NCBI RefSeq assembly: GCF_009914755.1
Contig: NC_060928.1
Length of the DNA: 64,000 nucleotides
Strand: one strand, 5' to 3'
Origin: the human T2T-CHM13v2.0 reference genome, Homo sapiens
Under the pieces are notes generated by a model. The model was not told the origin of the DNA, made no database searches, and saw nothing but the letters and a program-made list of their open reading frames with translations. Positions 42,733-58,648 of this stretch are shown in pieces. Position 1 is the first letter of the stretch, and every line of letters begins with the position of its first letter. The position numbers and the translations under genes were made by a program.

Positions 42733-43505
42733 GTCTTCATCTATTTAGGCTGCTATAATAAAAATGCCATAGACTGGGAGGCTTGAACAACAAATATTTA
42801 TTTCTCAGAGTTCTGGAGGTTGGGTAGTCCAAGATCAAGGTGCTGGCAGATTGGGTGTCTGGTGAGGACCTGCTTCCTGGTTCATAGATGCTGTCTTCTC
42901 TTTGTATATTCATGTGGCAAAAGGAGCAAGAGAGCTGATATGATTAGGCTTTGTGTCCCCACCCAAATTTTATCTTGAATTGTAGTTCCCATTATTCCCA
43001 TGTGTCAGAGGAGGGACCCAGTGGGAGGTAATTTAATCATGGAGGCAGTTACCCTCATGCTGTTCTCCTGATAGTGAATGAGTTCTCATGAGATCTGATG
43101 GTTTTATAAGGGACTTTTCCCCCTTTTGCCCTGCACTTCTCCTTCCTTCTATCATGTGAAGAAGGGCATGTTTGCTTCCCCTTCCACCATGATTGTAAGT
43201 TTCCTGAGGCCTCCCCAGCCATGCTGAACTGTGAGTCAATTAAACCTCTTTCCTTTATAAATTACTCAATCTTGAGTATGTCTTTATTAGCAGTGTGAGA
43301 ATGGATTAATACAGGAGCTCTCTGGGGCCTCTTTTATAAGGGGACTAATCCCACTCAAGAAGTCTCCCCCCTCATGACCTAATCACCTCCCAAAGTTCCC
43401 ACTTCCCAGTACCATCACATTAGGGGTTTGGATTATAACCTAACCCCTTTTGGGGGTTTAGGGGGTTGCTTTGGGGGTGGTGACACAAAAATTCATTCCA
43501 TAACA
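42733..43505 (-). mobile_element. MLT1A-like LTR interrupted by a THE1 LTR
   Basis: aggctgctataataaaaatgccatagactggg...tccaagatcaaggtgctggcagatt, resuming after 43313 with ctctctggggcctcttttataagggg...catgacctaatcacctcccaaag. Confidence 0.8.
42936..43313 (+). mobile_element. THE1 (C/D-like) solo LTR
   Basis: tgatatgattaggctttgtgtccccacccaaat...gtaagtttcctgaggcctccccagccatgctgaactgtgagtcaattaaacctctttcc...taataca; 5-bp TSD agagc / ggagc. Confidence 0.9.
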
Positions 43506-43844
43506 GGAAGAAAAATCAACGTAGCCTGACATACGCATAATTTAAAAATCAATATATTCCAATGGAAATCATACAGCCAGGAAACAGAAAGATTCTGTAA
43601 TATGATGTTCCTTATTTTTACTTCCTGCATATTCAACACATGAGAGGGATGTCTATTTTATTGTTTGGCCCATAACTCATGTTTGCATAAATGCTTTTCT
43701 ACTTCCTTTCAATAATCTTTCACTTTGCTACTTGATTTTCACAAAACCCTATGAAGTATCCCTGACAGCCATATATTATGCCCATTAAGTAGCTAAGAGA
43801 ATTTCTTTTTAAAGAGACTGTTGGTGGGCCCAAGGGATACTTAA

Positions 43845-44455
43845 ACTCCCATGTCCATTGCAGCACTGTTCACAATAGCAAGGTTATGGAATCAACCTAA
43901 GTGTCCATCAACGCATAAAGGAATAAAGAAAATGTGGTATATGTACACAATGAAATACTATTTGTCCATTTAAAAAGAATAAATCCATGCCATTTGCAGC
44001 AATATGGATGGAACTGGAGATCCTTAAGTTAACTGAAATAAGCCAGGCACAGAAAGACAACTATTGCATGTTCTTGTTCATATGTGGAAGCTGAAAATCT
44101 TCATCTCATTGACATAAAGAATAGAAAGAGAGAAATCAGAGTCAGGGAATGATGTAAGGGTAGGACGGGGAAATGGATAGAAGTTAGTAACTGGGTACAA
44201 GCATACAGTTAGATAGAAGAAATAAGTTATCATGTTCGATAGCAGACTAGGGTGATTATAGTTAGTAACAATATGCTACATATTTCGAAGTAGCTAGAAG
44301 AGAGGACTTGAAATGTTCACAACACATAGAAATGATAAATGCTCAACGTGACAGCCCAGATATCCTGACTTGATCATTAAACAATCTATGCATGTAACAA
44401 CTGCCCACATGTAGACCATGGATATTTACAATATTATGTACCAATAACAGAAAAA
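43845..44455 (+). mobile_element. L1MA-type 3' end inserted in a MIR
   Basis: actcccatgtccattgcagcactgttcacaatagc...tggatggaactggag...catacagttagatagaagaaataag...gtagctagaagagaggacttgaaatg. Confidence 0.88.
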
Positions 44456-47400
44456 GTATAGAGAACTAGAAGGTGAAGACAACTCTTGAACCCAGGTCTT
44501 CAGACTAGGAAGTCTTCTTTCTTATAAAGGGCTTACTAACCATTACTTTTCCAGGCTTCATTTGCTGTCGTGGTTTTACGTTGTGCAAATGCGTAAGATG
44601 CTACGGGATAATTCTATTTTATAATAATTTTTTTTTGCCGGTAGATAATTTAAATAGAATCTGAACTAGGCAAAAATGTGAAATAGATGAAAAAAATTAT
44701 CTGCTTCTCCCTACTGACCCAGTCCTCTCAAACTCCCTTTCTCCCATTATCATCCCAGGGAAAACTTCCTCTATAGGAAGCCATCTAAAATTCATTGATA
44801 TTAATTTTTAAAAGAGCAGTAATGACCACTAAAAGTATTAACTTCTGACCCCTGTCCCTTCCACCGGGACTTTTGCATTCCAAGTAATTAGGTAGAGGGA
44901 TGCTGTTTTAATTGTCAACAAGAGCCTATGAGTTTTTTTTGTTTGTTTATTTTTGTTTCTTAATTTAAGCTGAGAAGTCAATTGTTTTCTAACATTTCTG
45001 CAAGGAAGCACACATTACATACATGCTGCATTTTTATAGTAGTGGTTGTTCCAATTTCTCCATGGAATAAAAGAATTTCCTACCTTATCAGGTGCAAAGG
45101 ACAAAATAATATACATTCTTTCAAACTTTCTGATTCTGTGAAGTAGTGGCTCAGCACGTAATTGCTGATGGGACGCACACTCTCTTCTTCTGACCACACA
45201 CCTGGATTTGCATCTGCCCAAATGTTTCACTGATTCATTAAAAAAATATATATTGAGCCTCTGCTGTGACCTAGTTCCATGCACTTGGAATTCTATTGTG
45301 AAGAAAACAGTCAATCTCTCTGTCCTTAGACAACTTATATTTTGTGCATTTTCTAGGAATCAAACGCCCAAGAATAAGCCTCTAACTTCACCTTTCCTAA
45401 ACACACAAATTACATTCAGATGTATGTGGGCCTTAAAGACATAAGGGGTATAGGTTATACTGTATCATTTAATTAGCCAATATCTATTAAGCATTACCTG
45501 ACATTCAAGATACAAAATGCATAAGACTTTATTCAGTACATTTCCTGCCCTCTTTAATTTATTTTTCTATTTAGCACTCATTATTGTCTATTCTACATTT
45601 TATAATTTGCAATATTGATTGTTTGATTCCCTGTTAGAGGCAAGCCACAGGAGGTAGGGATGCCAGTCAAGTTTACTGCCATATCCTCAGCCTAGAGAAT
45701 GGTGCCTGCAGCAAGGAGATGCGCAAAATATAATTTCTTCCAACATATGTAAGCATTGGGGTGAGAATAATCATGTTAATAAATTTAGGCTTTATCCTGT
45801 AGACACTAAAGAATCTGAAGAGTTTTGAAGCAATATCTGCATAATAGGAAGATAGGGCTGTAGCTGGCTTCAGGACAAAACAGAGTGCCTGAGATTCACA
45901 ACCATTAAGAGCTACAAATAATGAAGGCAGCTGAGCTTTCGTTCTAAATCTTTGCTGATTTTGACCATGCAGAAAAACACTGTCTATATCAACGCATAAG
46001 AATGATCATACTTTGCATGTAAATACAGAGGCTTCATTCAGAACACATGAGTCATAAAAGAGTTAACCTGCTGAACAAGGTGTTAACTTGTGTTCCCAAA
46101 GTACCTGATAACCCCGGAGAGCCATTCAAACACTGGGAGATTCTGGCTCAGTATACAACAGAATTGGGTTAAGAGAACTATATAAGGCTTGAAAAAATAC
46201 AGAATCATAGAAATTAGAAATAAAAGGGACTGTTAGATCATTTGTCCATCCCCTGCCAAGGCAAATTGTTGCTGACAGTATATTATAGCTTTATTCTTTG
46301 CAGTAGATTTTTATAGGCTTCCCAAGAGAGGTTTCTGATCTGTCCAGAATAATGAATGGGATGAATTTTTTTTTTTTTTTTTGGCATCTCACCACAAGAA
46401 AGCACGGCTTTTTACGGACTAGTTTGAGGAGTGCATTGAACTCCAGCATCAATTTCTATTAATTTTGTGTGTTATTAGGTACAAAATATAGTCCTGGCTG
46501 CTGGAAAGAGAGGCTTATGAGCATTCTTTCTACTTCATTTAGCACATTGTTTTTTAATAAGCTGCAATATACTTAACTTGATATGCTGGGTATTTACGAA
46601 GATGTCAGTAAACTTGAAGAAACATTAAAAACTGAAAAATTTTAAACTCCTTACATGATTAATTATATTGTTTTGTTTTATTGGATTATATGTACAAAAT
46701 ACCAAAACGACTAGACTTATGAAGTTCATTAAAATTAGTCATAGGTATCCATAATAAATTTCATTGATGCTCACTCTACTCCTGTCTGTCATAAACAGGA
46801 TACACACATCTTTATTTTATAGATGAATCAGTGGGGTCCCAGAAAGATTAAGGGGTTTGCTCAGGTAGTTACTATCAGTTCCAGAACTCACACCCAGGGC
46901 TCCTGACTCCTCCTCCAGTGCTCTATCTAACCCCCTGTTTCTGGTGAGAAAGAGGAACCAAAACGTTGGAAAATGTATTATGGTTGTTTATCCTAATCAC
47001 TTGTAATTTTTTTTTTTAATTTGAGCAATTGAACTCTTATCAGAAAATCAATTTTACATCCTTTTCAGCTACGTGCACGTCCAACTTTTTAAAAATGACA
47101 AATATCTGCATTCTACTCCCAGTTTCACAACAAAACATAAAAATAGAAAAATGGTAAACAAAGGCTTGACTTGTCACTTGTCATCTATTTTTATTTATGG
47201 TGAAATGTGAGTCTCATATTTTTTAATCTGGCTGTCTTTGGCAGGTAAATTAATTATAAAATGTGAATCTGGCTCTCCAAATGGTAATATAGAAATTTTA
47301 ACTATTTGTATGATGTTGGCTTTTTCTCATAATTAAAAAAAAAATTTGAGTCATTTGTGTATTACAGCCTGTGGAATCTAGGTAGTCTCTGTCTACCATT

Positions 47401-47473
47401 TTATTTGGGGGAGAAAGTGGTGATGATCCAAAGAATAAAATTCCAAACATTTACAAAAATTAGGCAAGTTTTA

Positions 47474-47899
<426 letters not shown>

Positions 47900-47909
47900 C
47901 TAGTACACG

Positions 47910-48115
47910 TATTTATACTAATTACTATGGGCCAGGCACTCCTGTGTAGTTTACAGACATTAACTCAGCCAATCTCCACAGCAGCCTGAATGAAAAGGTA
48001 CAACTATCATTCCCATTTTAGGCATGGGGGTGTTAAGTAACTTGCCTAAGAAACACAGCTCAGAAGGGGTGGAAGCAGGAAGGAAACCCAGGTCCATGTT
48101 CTTAGCCACTATACA
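47910..48115 (-). mobile_element. MIR SINE
   Basis: ttactatgggccaggcact...tatcattcccatttta...gttaagtaacttgcctaag. Confidence 0.75.
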
Positions 48116-49072
48116 ATAGGGCCTCTGCTCAGCTCCGCAGCCACAGGGACATAGGACCGATTTGGTCACCTTTAATTTTTCGAGAGAAGCCAGAAACCCA
48201 GCTTTTTATATAAACTTTCTTAATTTTAACATGTGAGCGACTAGTTAAGAATATCTTAAAACACAATGTGATTCAAACAGAAAACTTCTACAGGCTAGAT
48301 TTGGCCATAAACCTCTAATTTATGACCTCTGCTTTGTCCCTAAATGTCGCGTGACAAGGATTTGCCAATTTCCAATTTTAATTTGCCATCTCCAGTGCCC
48401 CCTCATGAATTAGAATCTGTTTTCTGCCAGTGAGCACACATTAGTGAGATGCTCATTGGTCAAAGATTTGTAAAAGGCAGGCAGAGCACACCTCAGGAAA
48501 CCTTCAAGGATTCCCCAGAATGAGAAAACAGAACATTCAGACATCGCAGCATGCTCCCGTCCAGAACTACCATGGGAGCGCCATTCTCAAGCAGGACTCA
48601 CAGTCGTGCTATGATGAAAGGCCTCTTTATTCAGAGAAGCGAAAAAAAACATTGTCTGGAAATTACCCCAGATTTGAAGCAGACACTTGAAATCAAGGCC
48701 AAGACCAAAACACACGTTTCATTCTACTCACAGAGCCAGTTAACAAGGCCGTGATCTGAATGAGACGGAGCCTAGATGGATAGGGACTTTTTCTTAGTAC
48801 GTGCTACTTTTGTTTTCTACATAGACTTTGAGACTAAGGCTATATTTTTTAATTATAAAATTATTGAACTAAATCCTAAATGGATTCCTTTTTACTAAGA
48901 ATGGTGCTTCAACGATCTAAGATTCTTTGTGGATCCTCCAAACGTACATTAAGAAATCTACCTCTAATAATACTTAAAGTTTATTAATTTACTCCAATTC
49001 TATCCTGCGGTCAACAAATTTATTTACATACACCAGTAGTTCAATCTCACAATAGTACTAAGAGGACATGCT

Positions 49073-49467
<395 letters not shown>

Positions 49468-49919
49468 CTAACTACTGATTATACTAAGCTACTTCAAATA
49501 AGCAGCATTTCCCTAATGAAAGCGTCGCTAACAGCCATGGACTGAAGCCCGGCAAAAATTGATAATGAACATTAATTGATTTCAACTAAGAATCTCTGTA
49601 ATATTTTTCTTCTATTACAGAAGGTAGTAAATGCAACAAGAAGAAAATTTATATTTTATGTTAAGCAGAAATATCTGTTATTCTATGATGACCTAAACAA
49701 GGGAAATGAGCATTAAAGTAATCTTCTGAGTGGAAACAAAACAAAATATCTGACTTTCTTTATAATATATTGTGTCAGATAGCAAGACTTTTTTTCTTTT
49801 TTGAGGTAATGAGGATGGTAAATCTTATACAGTGGTGTTCCCCAAGTGTAGGAATATTTTGCATTATTTTTAAATGCTACAGTTATTTTATTAATTTAAA
49901 TTTCACTGAGATAAATTGA

Positions 49920-50262
<343 letters not shown>

Positions 50263-51859
50263 TTTCTTCACTTTCTTTATGAAGAACAGTTTTGAATTTT
50301 GTTGGTTGAGTTAATTGTGTAAGATGTCAGCAAAGATTAGTAGAATGAATGTACTGGAGTGAAACTTGTTCCCAGTGGTCCATAGATGCATTTAAGATTG
50401 TTCGAGATCTAGGATCACAAATTTTGAGATGCTCTATTTTCAGAATAAATATTAATTTTATGACTTAATTTTGGCCAGGTGGAAGAGAAGAAGCCAAAAG
50501 AAAAAGAAAATTTGTTCTACTATTAATATATAATCTGTCTCCCCTGCTATACTTCATGTTTCTCAACAGCAGGGACTAACTCATCTCTGTATTCTCATTC
50601 TCAGCTCCTGCCAATGTGTCTCCAACTACAATGCTTGGTATTTGATGAATGATGTATGTTTCAATAAATGAAAGAAGATAGAGAGAGAGAATAATTTCCT
50701 CATGCTTCACTACTGGTCTAGATAGTGACAGACTGATAGATCCGTCAAAATCAAGGCCACCCCTATAAGAACTGCTTGTCTATTCATAGGTGTTCGATCT
50801 GCTCCACTCCTTCCCAACCCTCATAACCTCCACTCCTCCCAAAGCCTTTCAAACACACAGGGCTCTCATCCTCTCACCATCCTCCTTTCCCAAGAATGCA
50901 CACTCAGAAAAACAACCAACATCTCTCAGTGAACCCGAGTGTAAACTTCCTACACCTTTAAGTTACCCAGAGACAAGTTATAGCTCATTTCCACCTCCTG
51001 CTAAAGGAAGTACAGGTATTGGTGGAAAAATGGCAGCAGAGCGTTTCCAGAACCTGAAACTCATTCCAGGAGAAAGAGCATGGTGGGAAGAGGTGGATAG
51101 AGAGGGGGTAATAGAGATGGGTGGGCAGATGAGGAGGAAGAAATTCATATGTGTAAGTTTAACTAAGCAAAGTCGCCTATTGAGAAATTATATTAAACTT
51201 ACATTTCACGAGTGCAAACACTTCTGGCAGGAAGCAAAGCTGCTTTCTTCTTCACACCATCCAGCACCCCCATCTCCATTCTATGCCTAGATATTTCTGA
51301 GTCCTGGGTCCTTAGGGCACACAAGAGTCATTTTATAAGAAAGAGAGACAGGGAGTAAAACATTTTGGTTTGCAGGTTCTGGGACAGCTCATATGGATCC
51401 CTATAGCCTTCAGAGAGGAAGCTGGGTTACCTTCCCATCATGGCGAGTGACAGTCCCTAGGCCCTACGTGGCAAGGCACAATTTTTCATGGGGCAATGAG
51501 ATGTAGGTTGAGGAGGAAGAGGAGAAAGAAGATGTGTTCACATATTGATTTCTTCATTGTGTTAAATTTCATAATATGTGGCAAAGCTAGGAGAGTTATT
51601 ATCTTAATTTTATGGAAAACTGAGGGACAGAGGAGGTAAAAAAAAAAAAAAAAAAGCGACCTCAGCATTCAGAGCTAGAAAGTGACAGAACTAGAAATGG
51701 AATGCAGTTCCTTTGGTTTCTACCTCAGTACTATATTCAACAGAATACACTGGTTATAATATTTTAATTATACGGCAACTAATAAGATAGAAAAAGTGAC
51801 AGTGAAAATATAAATGGAAAGCCATCCAGAGGGATCAGTGAACAGTCATATATTTAAAA

Positions 51860-52142
51860 AGTAGTTGGGGGAAGTGGGTACAGAAATATACTTAGAATGA
51901 ATAAGATCTAGTATTTGATAGCACAACAGGGCGACTACAGTCAACAATAATGTATCGTACATTTTAAAATAACAAAATGGTATAATTGGAATGTTTGTGA
52001 CACAAAGAAAGGATAAATGCTTGAGGCGACAGATACCCCATTTACCCAGATGTGAATATTATACATTGTATGCCTGTAGCAAAATATGTACCCCGTAAAT
52101 ATATACAGCTACTATGTACCCATAAAAATTAAAAGTTAAAAA
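51860..52142 (+). mobile_element. L1MA2/3-like 3' end
   Basis: gaatgaataagatctagtatttgatagcacaacagggcgactacagtcaacaataat...ctactatgtacccataaaaattaaaa. Confidence 0.85.
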
Positions 52143-52740
52143 GAATGTGATGATGCAGAATCACATTCCTAAAACAGAAAGATGTGCACACATTACAAAA
52201 TGTATGTAGATCTATATACATTAAATGTATTTATTTTTAAAGTAAAAAAATAACAAATACAAAATACTGTGATTGCTACTGTAAGGATAAGAAGGAAATG
52301 ATTTCCTCACCAAAGCTGGATGATGTTATTTTCATAGTTAACATCCCCTATACAATTTTATTTTAAAACATTTTTTTCATTCACAGATATTACAGATATT
52401 GGCTTTAAATATCTCTCTTATACAGCCTTTATATACGAGTGTACTTTATAACTAACGCGTAATAAAACACAGAATTTGATTTCAAAAAGATCTCTTTTCC
52501 CATCCTAGTTCCTATGTGTATGACCTTAGGCAAATGTCCTTTTTAGCCAATATGGGCTTTTAAAAAAGGTCTTTATGTGATTGTTTGTGGGAATTAAAAG
52601 AGATAATGTGATACATAACAGCGAGATCAATGTATATTAAGTTATGCAAACAGAAAACAGTAGTAGGCAACAGAAACAGTATTAGAGCAATTATGGGGCA
52701 GAAAAGTCATAATTAGTTTTTCTCTGGCATGTTAGAAATA

Positions 52741-53057
52741 TTTTCTTTCTTTTTTTATATTTTTTTGAGATGGAGTTTTGCTCTGTTGTCCAGGCTGGAG
52801 TGCAGTGGCACAATCTCAGCTAATTGCAACCTCTGCCTCCTCCCCAGTTCAAGCAATTCTCATGCCTCAGCCTCTCAAGCAGCTAGGATTACAGATTACA
52901 AGTGCCCACCACCACACCCTGTAATTTTTGTATTTTTAGTAGAGACGCAGTTTCACCATGTTGCCCAGGTTGGTCTCAAACTCCTGGCTTCAAGTGATCC
53001 ACCAGCCTCGGCTTCCCAAAGTGCTGGAATTACAGGCGTGAGCCACCGTGCCCAGGC
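52741..53057 (-). mobile_element. Old Alu (AluS/J)
   Basis: Full Alu dimer; TSD agaaatattttc-like on both sides. Confidence 0.9.
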
Positions 53058-53139
53058 AGAAATATTTTCAACATTTGAATTTTAGTAAGGAAGATACATT
53101 CCTACTGTAATCAAAAAATAAAGTTTACTTGAAGGAGAT

Positions 53140-53470
53140 AGCCAGTGGTGGGGCAAATTGACATGGTTGTTCCAGCAGTAGGATGCGGTGGGAAGTACAC
53201 AGCACTGTTTCCGTGTTGTTTCAGCCCAAAGTGCATACTTTGAATCTAATCATGGGAAAATATTAGTCAAAATCAAAGTGATGAACATTCTACAAAGTGT
53301 CTGGCCTGTAACTTTGAAAAATGTCGGAGTTGTAAAAGTGGAGGAAAAGCTGAGGAGCTGTTCCAGATGGAAGGGGATTAAGCAGACATCGGTGGGTACA
53401 ATATGTGATCCCAGGTTGAGCCTTTTTGCGGCAAAGGGCATGACAGAGGAAATGAGTCAAAGTTGAATGG
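53140..53470 (+). mobile_element. Ancient L1 (L1MC/L1ME) 3' UTR fragment
   Basis: tgaatctaatcatgggaaaa...caaaatcaaagtgatgaacattctacaaa...ctggcctgtaactttgaaaaatgtc. Confidence 0.65.
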
Positions 53471-53657
53471 GGTTTCTCCGTGTACTTATACTTTTTTTTT
53501 TTTTAGTTTTTCTGTAAATTTGATGCTTTTTAAAATGAATTACATTTTAAATGAGATTATGCTTGTCAAGTACCTGGCATAGTGAATGGCATGCAATAGG
53601 TATTAAATTAATATCACTTCTCTTTTGTTCCCATAGTGCAGCAGATAACACTTCTAG

Positions 53658-53974
<317 letters not shown>

Positions 53975-56900
53975 ATACGTAACTTACTGAATGTGAATTT
54001 TGCTGTTTTTTTAATAGAAAATAAAATAGAGAGAAGCACAAAGACATTAAGAGCCTTATTAGATCATAAATTCCTAGACTTGAAGGATATGGTCCTCTTC
54101 ATTTTTGTTTCATCCTCTGGGATCTTGCATTAACGCAAGTCCCCTAAGTACTTTTTGAATAATAAACTATTGGCAATTCCTTACTGCAACAAGTTAAATA
54201 GAGATAAAAATATTTTATCCTCTTTTGTCATTTGACACAATATTTGATGGTTTACAAATAAGCTTCTGCTTTCATTGTCAGAGAAAACTGATCCAGAGTT
54301 GAAATATCTATATTTAAGTATAAAATTTAACTTGAAGCTTTTCTTAAGAAAAAATGAAAATGGGAAAAAGCAATTGTAATTACTTCATTGCTGGTCTGGT
54401 GAATAACATATTGAATAGCACCCAAATACATTCTACCGTAGGCAAATCCATTTTCTATTAACCATCTTCAAATATTTTTGAGCCAATGTCTGCATTTAAA
54501 TGAAAATGCATACCTCCCAACCCAAGCCATTTTAGAAAAGGTTTAGGTTTTCTTTTGTGCAGTCTTTTATGATTCAGCTGCTCTGAGAGAAACAGAATGA
54601 AATCAATCTTATTTCTTGTATATTTTATCACCTGATTTCAGAGATTCTCTGCTTTGATTACTTAAAAAAAATGGCAGAGTTCTATGATGCTGTCACTGAC
54701 TGACATACAGATTTAAAGCCTCAGATAAGAATGTATGGTAATCAGATAAAAAGGCCTGGGCTGTACTAAAAGGTGCTAGTAATTTCCCAACTGAAGGTGA
54801 GGCTTGCAGAACCTGCAGAGATAGGGTAGGAGCAATTTGCACTCAAGCCCTCCCTCTTAGGAGAAACCCTGTCTCTGTAATCTCCATTCTTCCTCTAACT
54901 GCAAAGTAGTCCCAAGAGGTTTCTTTCAGAAAACTTCTCTTAGCCTTTCTTCCCCTTGTTTTGTGTGATTGCTGATTCAAACTCAGTGATTCTATTCTTG
55001 ATCAAGCACGTGCTCTGGGCTGGGAAAAAGAATATGGGTTGTCTTTTTTTCTAATGCCTGAATCAGTCCCGTATGATTAATGCACTAAATGTTATTTAAG
55101 CAAAAATGGAACGTGTCTTTCTAAGGAACAAAATCACTCCAGAAACAGAGCGTGACCTTGAGATTTTCCCCTTTTCTCTACTACAGACAGCAATGATTCT
55201 CATGTGTCAAAAGAAAAATGAAAATCAGAGATTCAAAGGTCACAAAGGGGCTTGGCCGAGTTTTCTCCAGTAGAATTGTAGTTTGATGCCAAAGGTGGTA
55301 AACATTGGGTTTCTCTGGCTCTCAAGACAAAGCCATCGAAGAGCAATTGAGAAAGCTGTTAATTTTTCTAGCAGGCAAACATCATCGAGAAAGATAAAAA
55401 ACTTGTATTTAATCCATTCATCAGGGTAATCTACTATCAAAGACAGTTTTAATTCTACAAAGTTTGGCCAATTTGTTTTATGATAAATACATGATATATT
55501 GAAGATTGCCAAATCTAAATGACCCAATTATTAATCTTTTATGACCCTATGATATTATATATCGTTTTTTCTAAGGTCACTATGATCTTTGTGGAATTTG
55601 ACAGTTCCACAGTAGAATTTCAAGTATGAGACCAACAGAATAAGGAAAAGGTGAAATAGTTAAGACAAAGTTGCTCTTTATTCATGAATCATTTTCTTTC
55701 TGTTGTATGTAGTGGAAGTGTCCTTTTGAACCCAATTGTAAAGGACTCTAAGGGGTGTGCAGTATACCTCTTCAAATAGGAGGTTATCGTTTGGGAAAGC
55801 AAAAAGCCATAATGCAAATTCTAAATTAGGATTAGAAAAAGCACCTACAATGGCTTTGATTATCCAGTCAGCTATGAATAGAATATTACTTGTTGGCTTT
55901 TATCAGTGTGTTATTTTGTTACTGCCTTAAATTATTCATAATGTATAGTAATAAACCTACAGCCTTTGATATTCCAGTGCATCTTTTTGTCTTCTGAAGA
56001 CTGTGGGGTTTAAAGCAACTATTGATAAAAGAGAAAGGAACAAAATGGTCAGTTCACACCTCAGCAAACCTCCTAACCAGAGCCTAATAGCAATTTATTA
56101 TGTATCTTTAAAATGCAATTATAGTACCTGAAATTTTTCAAAGAAATGCTTCACTAAAGGGAGACAAACCATGACTTGGCTGAGATTGTGTTTAACCTCA
56201 TGAATAATAGCACATAAACATGCACAGTACACACTCAAGCTAAGCACCTAGTTGTCTTTCTCAGTAGTGGAAAGGCACGGAATATAGCACACTGAGAAAA
56301 GTAATTCAACACCTGTGTCACACTGTTTGCCTTTAACGGCTCTGCTCCTTCATTTTGCATGAAACAATCAGTGATAGGGCGGCTCTTCTTAGGGCTGACC
56401 ACGAATCCAGCGGGCAGTCACAAACAGCTCAACAGCACCTGCCTTTGCAAATGGCTCTGGCAAGCATAAACCACAGGGTGATTTTCGTGTAGTTGTCTTA
56501 CGGAAAGGATTACTGTTCATGAAATGCCCATTCCTGCCATAACTGTGCATTGAAAGAGGTTGGTGTATTAAAATACAAGGACCTGTATTCGGAACTCTAG
56601 GCAGTGCCTGAAGGTGGGAACGTGATAGCGAAGCGTGAAGTACTCGCAGAGGGTGAGAGAAAATAGAAGAGGTTGATTGAGACCGACTTACAGAAGGTCT
56701 TGGATTCTGTTCTGAAGGTTCTGCACTTTATTATATAGGTGGTAGAAAGCGTTAAATCTACAGAATATGATAGAGTATCTAGATACTAATATACAGGAAT
56801 GTTTTAAACGTCATTCTTTCTCATGCCCGTGGGCTGGTGCTTTCTCTCCACTGCACCTTTGCTCTTGCAGTTCTTCTCTCCTCTCTTCTGTACCCATTGC

Positions 56901-56989
56901 CAATAACCATTCCTGATGAACTCAGAATTAACCCCTTTCTGATGCTGCCTGTATCATCCCATTCAAAAGTCCTTATTATGCTTTAATAA

Positions 56990-57670
56990 CCATTTTAAAT
57001 TGATTTTAGAGGTGTGATTTTTTTCACCTTTTAATGTCTCTGAAATCCAGATGCACCTTACAATTGATCATTTCTTAGAATTACTGCCCACCAGGCAGCT
57101 GTGGCAAGGTCGTGGTCTCTGCCAATGTGTGTGCTCGCATGGTCATCACTGCTATTCTTTTCATTTCTTCAGTTGAGTTATGCACCTAGTTAGCACTAAA
57201 CAAGTTAAGGTTAATCACCATTTAAAATGCCTTGAAAAGATGACACAGTGCCTCACTACCGAAACACTAGTTATTGTGTAAGCAGAAAACACAGAAGCAG
57301 AGCAGAGGGCCATGAATTTTATAATAGTGGAGCAAGTATTCAAAGTAACAGTCAAGTGCTTTATAGGACCCAAGAAAGCAAAGTACCCAGAAGTAGACGA
57401 TGCCGGGTTGTTTTATTATGGAGGTGTTTGCAAAAGGATTCCTATCATATGCCAGGCTGTGCAGCTTATGCCAGGGGCATGGCCAAATCCCTGAGAATGA
57501 ATGAAAGAAATTTCAAAGCAACAAGAAGCTGCTAGGACCCATTCAGCATTTGTAACACTAACATTAGAGTAGGCTGTTAAATTGTATGGGTATTTTTTTC
57601 TTTCATAATGGCACATAAAATATGTATCCTTCGTCATAAGTCATACAATTATATACATTTGATGAGATGT
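56990..57670 (+). mobile_element. TcMar-Tc2 (Kanga/MER104-family) DNA transposon with a degenerate transposase N-terminus
   Basis: Left end ttttttcaccttttaatgtctctgaaatccagatgcaccttacaattgat resembles the MER104/Kanga terminus; frameshifted peptides KCFIGPKKAKYPEVDD, IPIICQAVQL and AKSLRMNERNFKATR resemble the pogo/CENP-B-type HTH. Confidence 0.75.
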
Positions 57671-57802
57671 AATAATTTCTTTGCAGTGTGTAATAGTGTT
57701 TTTTATTTACCTTCATCTTTTTTTCTTCCTTGTAGATTTGTAGATTTGTCATCCTCATAACCAGATTGTAGGCAAACTGAAGGCAGGGCTCTTTTCTGCT
57801 CA

Positions 57803-58279
<477 letters not shown>

Positions 58280-58648
58280 TAACCCACTGAACTCACATCA
58301 TTTATATTTGGCAGTGTGGTCCACTAGAAAGAACAGCAATTTTGAGATCCCCCTGAGCTCATGTGTAGGATCCATTACTGATTAAATATATCAATGTCCT
58401 GATGGGGCAAAGTCATTAAGCTCTCTATGCCGGGCTTCCCCACTACAAAATAGATATATAAGTACTAATGTACAGTAATGTTTACCTGGGAAAAAGTGTT
58501 TAACACCACATATGACTCATAGTACATGCTCCACAAGTGTCCATTTCCTTTCCGTCTTCCTCTTTCCCCCTTGATGGTTCACCCAGGAGAATAAGCCGGG
58601 AGCTGTTTATTTGAATTAGTACTTGTGTGCTAAGGCTGAGTTCTGCAA

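Noticed and set aside
50790-51290. 166-aa ORF in mostly unique sequence
   Set aside because: Starts at a non-ATG codon, has no recognisable domain and no convincing splice sites; consistent with chance.
55160-55300. Strong + strand acceptor ttttccccttttctctactacag as the start of a coding exon
   Set aside because: All three frames hit stop codons before the nearest plausible donor, which is weak.
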